A stretch of 64,000 nucleotides of DNA from a virus (taxonomy: Duplodnaviria; Caudoviricetes). The position numbers were made by a program, and so were the translations under genes. This document shows, one piece after another, positions 57,832-64,000 of the stretch (the stretch's first letter is position 1; each line of letters starts with the position of its first letter). The notes below the pieces were generated by a model, which saw nothing but the letters and a program-made list of their open reading frames with translations, had not been told where the DNA came from and ran no database searches. The stretch is taken from IMG/VR virus record IMGVR_UViG_2737471636_000001, positions 25,331 through 89,330 of that record, one strand, 5' to 3'.

Positions 57832-57871
57832 AATATGGCCGCCAAGGGTTTCTACGTCTTGACGGCCACGG
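57832..57871. repeat. 40-bp hairpin element, copy 2
   Basis: GGCCG-CAAG...CTTG-CGGCC stem. Confidence 0.75.
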
Positions 57872-57973
57872 GAGACATCATGCAATTGTTTTAACTAAAG
57901 CCATTTAAAACTTTAATTATTTTTCTAAAAATGAATAATTTCACTCAGCATTATTATTCGCACAGGAGGGAAA

Positions 57974-58312
57974 ATGGATCATACGGATGCATTAAAGTTA
58001 TCTATGGACGAATACATGGACGAGGTAACAGATGCAGATGACATTGATGTCAAAAGTAAGATTACTGATGCTGGATCATTAATCGATTACTTGAAAGAAA
58101 AAAAGCGATTAGGTTTCTTACTTCACGTTGCAACCCCAGTTCCCTACTTCGCATCAGATAATAAAATTCCCTCAATTACTTGGGAAAATTACACCACCGA
58201 ATGGATTTATGCTGAAACCTTTGAAAAAGCGGCTGAAATCACCATTAAATGGGCTGTAGGTTTATATAAAGAATTAGTCGATAAGAATGTACTAAAGGAC
58301 AGGATGGAATGA
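57974..58312 (+). CDS. Hypothetical protein
   Basis: RBS AGGAGGG, 112 aa. Confidence 0.6.
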   Translation: MDHTDALKLSMDEYMDEVTDADDIDVKSKITDAGSLIDYLKEKKRLGFLLHVATPVPYFASDNKIPSITWENYTTEWIYAETFEKAAEITIKWAVGLYKELVDKNVLKDRME

Positions 58313-58498
58313 GCTTTTTCGAATGGCCGTGTGAACTATTTTTCAGTGTTTGCAGCTTTTTAGTAGGCACAAAAGCTTTACTGGCATTGGTTCTTTGCGG
58401 TATCTCGATCGGGATGATATTCCTAGTAATAAAAGAAATAATCAAGGATTTAAGAAAATAATTTTAGCCACTATAAGGAAAGTAAAGGAAGCTAGACC

Positions 58499-58810
58499 AT
58501 GGAAGGTATAAGCAAGGAAAGGTTGGAATCTCAGCTAAAAAGGATTTCATTACAATTTGACTACGACCCGACTGACCGGATGATAAGGATGCTAAAACAA
58601 CTAATAATGGAATGCACCGAACTCAACCCGTGGATTCCTATTGATGAGGATACTCCTATTGATAAAGAGCTGATTTTGTATTATCCAGCAGGTAGAGTTA
58701 ACCATGTTTTTTTACCAAAAATCAAATTGATCGGATACCACAGACCTCAACTTAGCAGTATTTGCAGACAACCAAGCCACTACCAGGAACTAATTAAAGA
58801 TCCAACATGA
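58499..58810 (+). CDS. Hypothetical protein (DUF551-like C-terminus)
   Basis: WIPI...P...PSHYQ.L pattern. Confidence 0.5.
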   Translation: MEGISKERLESQLKRISLQFDYDPTDRMIRMLKQLIMECTELNPWIPIDEDTPIDKELILYYPAGRVNHVFLPKIKLIGYHRPQLSSICRQPSHYQELIKDPT

Positions 58811-58885
58811 TTCTGGCGAAGATAGCAGATTTTTTCGGAAAATGTTCCGACAAGAATTAAGCCTACAAAAAAGGAAACGAGAAAA

Positions 58886-59107
58886 ATGTCAGAAAATAAA
58901 AAAAACCTGTACGACCTGGCAAAAGAAAACGGCTACACCGATGAGGAATTCGTGAATGAAATCGCACAGTGCTACGGCACTCATACTTCATTAATCATGG
59001 ACAAGATGGGAAGCGGCATTACGATAGAGCACAACGTAGAATTTGAAGATCACACGATTAATATCCAATGCCGGAAAATTATTAAAGATACCCGAACTTT
59101 AAATTGA
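58886..59107 (+). CDS. Hypothetical protein
   Basis: 73 aa ORF. Confidence 0.5.
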   Translation: MSENKKNLYDLAKENGYTDEEFVNEIAQCYGTHTSLIMDKMGSGITIEHNVEFEDHTINIQCRKIIKDTRTLN

Positions 59108-59137
59108 GTAGAAATATAATTTTCTTAATTATAGAAA

Positions 59138-59419
59138 ATGAATACGAATTACGTCACTATTAATAAATTCTGTGCAGAAACAGGATATTCAGAGGATGCG
59201 GTTAGATCAAAAATCACTCGTGGTGACTGGGTTCGTGGCAAAGAGTACACTAAAGCTCCAGATGGAAGAATTCTAATTAATGTAGATGGGTATCACAAAT
59301 GGGTGGAAAGTATCCAGGAGTCAGAGAATCAAGCGATTCTTCAATCGAAATCGATTTCTATTACAAAGGCCAGCGCTGCCGCGAACGTTTACCCATTAAG
59401 CCCAGCCCCGCTAACTTAA
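59138..59419 (+). CDS. xis: Excisionase
   Basis: YVTI.KF..ETGYSE.AVR.KI..G.W......KAPDGRILI; overlaps integrase. Confidence 0.8.
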   Translation: MNTNYVTINKFCAETGYSEDAVRSKITRGDWVRGKEYTKAPDGRILINVDGYHKWVESIQESENQAILQSKSISITKASAAANVYPLSPAPLT

Positions 59420-60516
59420 AAAAAGCTGCTCAGCACCGAGCAGCCATACTTAATGCGATTGATGCCGGAACATTCGATTATTCTTTTACATTCCCAAATT
59501 CCAAAAACGCAGAGAAGTTTAAACCAGATCCAATTGCTGGATATGGCCGAACGGTTTCGGATGCATTGAAAGTTTATATTGAATGCGCTAGAACATCGTT
59601 AGCTCAATCAACCTGGAGGGATTACCGCAATTCCATCATGAATCATTTAATTCCATCATTAGGATCAATAAATCTAAGGGAATTAACACGCGCTGATATA
59701 AAAAATTTTATTTCTTATAAGACCGCTTTAGATAAAGATGGCAATCCAGCTATTTCAAAAAAACGCATCCACAATATTTTAGCTCCTCTAAGGTCAGTAC
59801 TTCAGGATGCCCAAGCCGATGGCGCTTTAATCAATAACCCATTACACGGCTGGAAGCCAAAGATTGTTGGCAAATCGCAGGATATTGAAAGCATTGACCC
59901 ATTCACGCCACAAGAATCAGCTTTGATTATTCAACATTCTGAAGCAATGACAGCACAGGTCATCCAGTTTGGATTTTGGACTGGCTTGAGAACGGGAGAA
60001 TTAATAGCTCTAAAGTGGATTGATGTAGATTTCAATAGCTTGGAGATTATAGTTCGCAGAACGAAAGTGCGTAAGCAAATAAAAGAAACTAAAACAAAAG
60101 CTGGCACAAGGAGGGTTAAATTAATCAAACCGGCATTGGAAGCTTTAGAACAAATGCGACTGCATTCACATCTGCATGAAAGTGGTTTTGTTTTTCTTAA
60201 CCCAAGATCACGCCAGCCTTGGCTAGATGATCAGCAATTCCGCAAAATAGGTTGGCATCCATCTATTGCGCGAAGCAAGGTACGTTATAGATACCCTTAT
60301 CAAATGCGTCATTCTTACGCATCGGTTTTACTCACAATCGGCGAAGATTATAGATGGATTTCCAAACAACTTGGCCATTCAAATCCAAATGTGACGCTTA
60401 AACATTATGCTCGTTTTATCCCAGAGCTTGCTCCCGACGCTGGCAAGAAAGCCGATAAGCTATGGTCATCATTTGGTCAACATTCAATTAAATACGATAA
60501 TAATTCATCAGGTTAA
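59299..60516 (+). CDS. int: Tyrosine integrase with Arm DNA-binding domain
   Basis: SIEIDFYYKG.RCRE, TGLRTGEL, YQMRHSYAS, QLGH, HY. Confidence 0.95.
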   Translation: MGGKYPGVRESSDSSIEIDFYYKGQRCRERLPIKPSPANLKKAAQHRAAILNAIDAGTFDYSFTFPNSKNAEKFKPDPIAGYGRTVSDALKVYIECARTSLAQSTWRDYRNSIMNHLIPSLGSINLRELTRADIKNFISYKTALDKDGNPAISKKRIHNILAPLRSVLQDAQADGALINNPLHGWKPKIVGKSQDIESIDPFTPQESALIIQHSEAMTAQVIQFGFWTGLRTGELIALKWIDVDFNSLEIIVRRTKVRKQIKETKTKAGTRRVKLIKPALEALEQMRLHSHLHESGFVFLNPRSRQPWLDDQQFRKIGWHPSIARSKVRYRYPYQMRHSYASVLLTIGEDYRWISKQLGHSNPNVTLKHYARFIPELAPDAGKKADKLWSSFGQHSIKYDNNSSG

Positions 60517-60527
60517 AAAATAGAAGA

Positions 60528-60554
60528 CGGGTTCGATTCCCGCCGTCTCCACCA
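60528..60554 (+). other. Attachment site: duplicated 3' end of tmRNA (or a tRNA)
   Basis: CGGGTTCGATTCCCGCCGTCTCCACCA: T-arm plus CTCCACCA acceptor, without the rest of the gene. Confidence 0.75.
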
Positions 60555-60667
60555 AAAAACGGTCTAATCCAGACCACTCAAGACCAACTAAGACCCATAA
60601 AAAACAGGGTCTTAGTACCGGTCTCACAAATACCCCATTAGTCCCGGTAGGTCTCCAAAGGCCTCGG

Positions 60668-62380
60668 TTGTGGCACAAAAATGACACAAAATTGGCACAA
60701 GTCGTTTATGCCGATAATCACACCGCAGCCTATGGAACAGAAAATTGCCGTCGCATGCGGCGCCATATTTTCAGTGAGCTTTCCCCGATTGCTGGAGACT
60801 TGGCGGCTCACTACATCAAAACGGCTGAACGTTCCAACTTTGAGCAAGCAAACCATGAACTGCAAGATATTTATAATCAGCTGCGCATTGAAGATTTAAA
60901 TTTATGCGCTGATCATGAAGAATTGCTCAATGCAGCCCGGCGTTATGCAGAAAAATGTTATCTGGCACGCAACCGCGCAAAATCCCCTTCTGATGCCTAT
61001 CAAGCCTGTTTGCGCATAGTCGATCACTATCAAGTCAAGCGGCCATCCATCAAAGTCGATAATCTGGAACCTGCTCTGAACCGGATGTGCTGTCATCATT
61101 GGTGGTTTCGCAGAATCAAAATATTGCGACTGCGAAAGATTGAAACCATAGCCAGAAATATTGAGTTGGTCAGCCGCTTACGTGGTACGTATGCCAGCGA
61201 TTTCACCATCCATGCTAAGCGCAAACAAAAGGAAAGAAATCGTCTGTATCTGGCCACGAATTTTGTAAGCAACCAGAACGGCGATATTTTTTCCCTGCAG
61301 AACCTAGCCGATCGTTCGGTATCCAATCCAGCAATTCGCCGTGCTGAATTAATGACACGTATCAGAGGTTTTGAAATGGTGGCCGATCACTTGGGGCATG
61401 TGGGAGAATTCTATACCGTGACCACGCCTTCGCGCATGCATGCCTGTTTGCATCATGGTGTAACCAATCCACGCTATGACGGCACCAGCGTTTTACAAGC
61501 GCACGAATACCTCACCCATATTTGGTCATTGATCCGGGCTGAATTGCATCGTCAAGGTATTCAACCCTATGGCTTCCGCGTAGTCGAACCGCATCACGAC
61601 GGCACCCCGCATTGGCACTTACTATTATTCATGCCGGAAAAACACCGCGAAGCCGTCAGAAAAGTCATGCGTCATTACGCTCTTCTCGATAATGGCAACG
61701 AACCAGGAGCGCAAGAGCGCCGCTTCAAAGCGGAACCGATTGATCCAGCCAAAGGCACGGCAGTGGGTTACATTGCCAAGTACATTTCCAAGAATATCGA
61801 TGGCTTTGCACTTGATCAAGATTTGTATGGCAATGATGCTGCAAAAGCGGCCGAACGCATTACCGCATGGGCAAATACTTGGGGCATTCGTCAGTTTCAG
61901 CAAATCGGCGGCCCGAGTGTGACCGTATGGCGTCAATTGAGAAAACTCGACAAAGCCGACGATCCGGAGCTTGAATCCATCCGTCAATCTGCAACTGCCA
62001 GCGATTGGGCAGCTTTCATGCTGGCGATGGGAAACCCTGAAGCGCCGCATCGTTCACATGCCATCAAACCTTTCTACGATGAGAGCAAACGATTAAATCC
62101 AATGAATGGTGAAGTATATTCCCCGGCAACGGGACGTTATGGCGATTCTGCTCCATTGCGCGTATCCGGAATACTTTGGAAAGGATCGAGCTATAGCACA
62201 CGCAAACATGTTTGGATGCTTTTCAAAGTCGACAGCGAGGACGTGACATTAAGGAGCGAGGCGCAAGCCGAGCGCACGCAATGTCACGCCGGAGCTGTTT
62301 CCCTTGGACTTGTATCAATAACTGTACCAACCCCATTTCAACCTAAGAAAATTAATTATGAAAACCCAACTCAACACTAA
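60668..62380 (+). CDS. P2 gpA-like replication endonuclease
   Basis: NPAIRRAELM.R..GFE, EPHHDGTPHWH, YIAKYISKNIDG, WGIRQFQQIGG. Confidence 0.9.
   Translation: MWHKNDTKLAQVVYADNHTAAYGTENCRRMRRHIFSELSPIAGDLAAHYIKTAERSNFEQANHELQDIYNQLRIEDLNLCADHEELLNAARRYAEKCYLARNRAKSPSDAYQACLRIVDHYQVKRPSIKVDNLEPALNRMCCHHWWFRRIKILRLRKIETIARNIELVSRLRGTYASDFTIHAKRKQKERNRLYLATNFVSNQNGDIFSLQNLADRSVSNPAIRRAELMTRIRGFEMVADHLGHVGEFYTVTTPSRMHACLHHGVTNPRYDGTSVLQAHEYLTHIWSLIRAELHRQGIQPYGFRVVEPHHDGTPHWHLLLFMPEKHREAVRKVMRHYALLDNGNEPGAQERRFKAEPIDPAKGTAVGYIAKYISKNIDGFALDQDLYGNDAAKAAERITAWANTWGIRQFQQIGGPSVTVWRQLRKLDKADDPELESIRQSATASDWAAFMLAMGNPEAPHRSHAIKPFYDESKRLNPMNGEVYSPATGRYGDSAPLRVSGILWKGSSYSTRKHVWMLFKVDSEDVTLRSEAQAERTQCHAGAVSLGLVSITVPTPFQPKKINYENPTQH
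62301..62327 (+). other. P2-type rolling-circle origin
   Basis: CCCTTGGACTTGTATCAATAACTGTAC resembles the P2/186 ori inside gene A; preceded by a GTGACATT/AATGTCAC stem. Confidence 0.6.
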
Positions 62381-62627
62381 AAAAATTAAAAATATAAATA
62401 TTATGAATACATTTAATCTTGAAGAAGCGGTTTCCTTAATCTACCGGCTCGCGGTTCTGAAAAAGGACGCACCTGAACCCGGCAAAAAATACAGCATCAC
62501 ACAAATCGGCCACATTTGCGGCGTATTAACGCTTAACGATCAAATTGAGATTGTCATCAAATTTCATGACGAGATGCGGCAATTCACGAAGGAGGAATTT
62601 CAAAACCAAGTAACTATTTTGGATTGA
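62358..62627 (+). CDS. Hypothetical protein
   Basis: 89 aa ORF. Confidence 0.5.
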   Translation: MKTQLNTKKIKNINIMNTFNLEEAVSLIYRLAVLKKDAPEPGKKYSITQIGHICGVLTLNDQIEIVIKFHDEMRQFTKEEFQNQVTILD

Positions 62628-62707
62628 CAGGACATTTATACTATTTACTGTGAAAATAAATAGCGTACTATAAGAATCACTATTTACTCTTATAGTCACT
62701 ACTTATT

Positions 62708-63127
62708 ATGGAAACCAATCAAAGAAAACTGTTTGATCTAAACCTCAGCGAGGAACAAGAGCAAATTATTTTAAAGAACATCAAAGAATTCCGAGGCGTT
62801 GGCACGACACTAGAAAGCGCGTTAGGGGCTTTGATTATGGGACAGTACTTCGGCTGGCGCGTTCTTAAAATACTTCATAATCCCTTGACCTATCGCCGCT
62901 ATGAAAAAATCCTGGGTCTTAATTTCCAGGATGTCTGCCCGGAAACAACGGGATATAGCGAAACTAAAAGTGTAGGTTATGCCATCACGCAAAAAATAGG
63001 CAGTTTTTGGGCTGTAGTGATGGGAAAACGGAAAGTAGAAGATAAAGGCTTAATCGAGAATCAAGGGGAAGTAGAAAAGCACGTAACCAAGCATATTGCC
63101 GATAATACTGAGGAGGTGAAAAAATGA
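62708..63127 (+). CDS. Hypothetical protein
   Basis: 139 aa, coupled to xis. Confidence 0.65.
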   Translation: METNQRKLFDLNLSEEQEQIILKNIKEFRGVGTTLESALGALIMGQYFGWRVLKILHNPLTYRRYEKILGLNFQDVCPETTGYSETKSVGYAITQKIGSFWAVVMGKRKVEDKGLIENQGEVEKHVTKHIADNTEEVKK

Positions 63128-63318
63128 ACCACTCTGAACGATTACTGGTAACAGTCAAGAAATGTGCTGAACTAACCGGCTTAACAGAAAACGCCATTCG
63201 CCAATACTTGAAAAAAGGTCACTGGATACTCGGGATTCACTGGTTTAAATCTGCGAATGGCAGAATTTTCATAAGCATGAAGGCTGCAAATCTATGGATG
63301 CAAGGCAAAGAGGCATAA
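63124..63318 (+). CDS. Excisionase-like protein
   Basis: Similar to 59138 xis (ELTGLTE.AIR....G.W...GRIFI). Confidence 0.75.
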   Translation: MNHSERLLVTVKKCAELTGLTENAIRQYLKKGHWILGIHWFKSANGRIFISMKAANLWMQGKEA

Positions 63319-63669
63319 CGATCCGCGGCAATAGCGCCCAGATATCGTTTACCTATCAAGGTGTACGCTGCCGCGAGTCAATACCCATACCGCCAACTAA
63401 GACCGCGCAAAAGGAACTGGCGCTTAAGCTGCAATCCATCAAGTACGAAATCAAGACCGGTACTTTCGACTACAACCGGCATTTTCCGTACAGCAAGAAA
63501 GCCAAAGAATTCAAAAAAAATCGGCCTGATCTTTACACGATCAAAGAAGCCCTTATAGGCTGGCTGCAACGCAACCAAGCAAAACTGCAACTAAGCACAC
63601 TGCAAGACTATAACAGTGCCATCTATCACCATTTGATACCAACCTTTGGCAATCTCACTATTTCCGAAC
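63294..63669 (+). pseudogene. Integrase N-terminus interrupted by IS
   Basis: Arm-binding domain ISFTYQGVRCRE; integrase similarity stops at the IS end. Confidence 0.85.
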
Positions 63670-64000
63670 TGGAGTTGTCCCCTTTTGGCGGACATTTTTT
63701 TCATGGAGTCGAGAGAGTCTCGACCTGTGAAAGCGGATTGCAGTTTATCGCGATTTGATTTTTCTCATTCAGTTTTCTCTCAAAATTGTTTGGTGATAAG
63801 TATCCCAGCCCGGAATGCCTGCGAGTTGGGTTGTACCATGACTCGATCCAGGTGAATATGGCCAGCCTTGCTTCAGTTTTATTTTTCCAGGAGCGCCTAT
63901 CGATTAATTCACATTCCAGGCTGGCAAAAAAGCTTTCAGCCATTGCATTGTCGTAAGCATCACCCACACTGCCCATGGAGGGATGCACACCCATTTCCCT
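63670..64000 (-). mobile_element. IS3-family element, right end (transposase OrfB C-terminus 63701 to window end)
   Basis: SMG..GDAYDNAMAESFF..LE.E, WYNP.RRHS.LGY.SP; terminal TGGAGTTGTCCCC...GGACA. Confidence 0.9.

Larger units (their letters stand above)
1..60554. mobile_element. Integrated prophage (P1-like virion genes plus lambdoid control/replication), continuing left of the window
   Basis: Contiguous capsid, sheath, portal, terminase, cI/cro/cII, replication, recombination, xis/int genes ending at a tmRNA-like 3' end; tail fibre and baseplate wedge genes not recognised, presumably left of position 1. Confidence 0.9.
60555..63669 (+). mobile_element. Second small integrative element (satellite-like), integrase disrupted
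   Basis: gpA-type Rep, xis, int; no virion genes between att and int. Confidence 0.7.

Noticed and set aside
60520-60554. Intact tRNA gene
   Set aside because: Only the T-arm and 3' acceptor strand are present; upstream is integrase sequence

Overview
About 60.5 kb of this window is the right-hand part of one integrated prophage. It combines a P1-like myovirus virion/packaging module (1-29 kb) with lambdoid replication, immunity and early-left modules and a tyrosine integrase, and it ends at a duplicated tmRNA-like 3' end (60528-60554). A second small element follows, with a P2 gpA-type Rep and an integrase broken by an IS3-family element. The best candidate for an undescribed system lies in a ~12.4 kb cargo island between cI and the OL/PL operators. 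It holds a tandem array of five sibling ~110-130 nt three-hairpin ncRNA genes on the minus strand (36.25-37.44 kb), plus one variant. Each sibling has co-varying stems and variable C/U-rich anti-Shine-Dalgarno-like loops, and four have a clear intrinsic terminator. Each also has a CRP/FNR-like TGT-N10-ACA box centred exactly 41.5 bp upstream of its first hairpin base. The same box, at class II spacing, precedes at least eight small stress-type protein genes (BON, KGG, proline-rich peptides, members of a five-paralog family). Other hand-detected signals: a conserved CGGAAAA late-promoter motif, a decayed inovirus remnant, twin antisense hairpin elements, and several pseudogene fragments. All protein family calls come from motif recognition by eye; no database searches were run. 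A betaproteobacterial host (Nitrosomonas-like) is plausible but only inferred.
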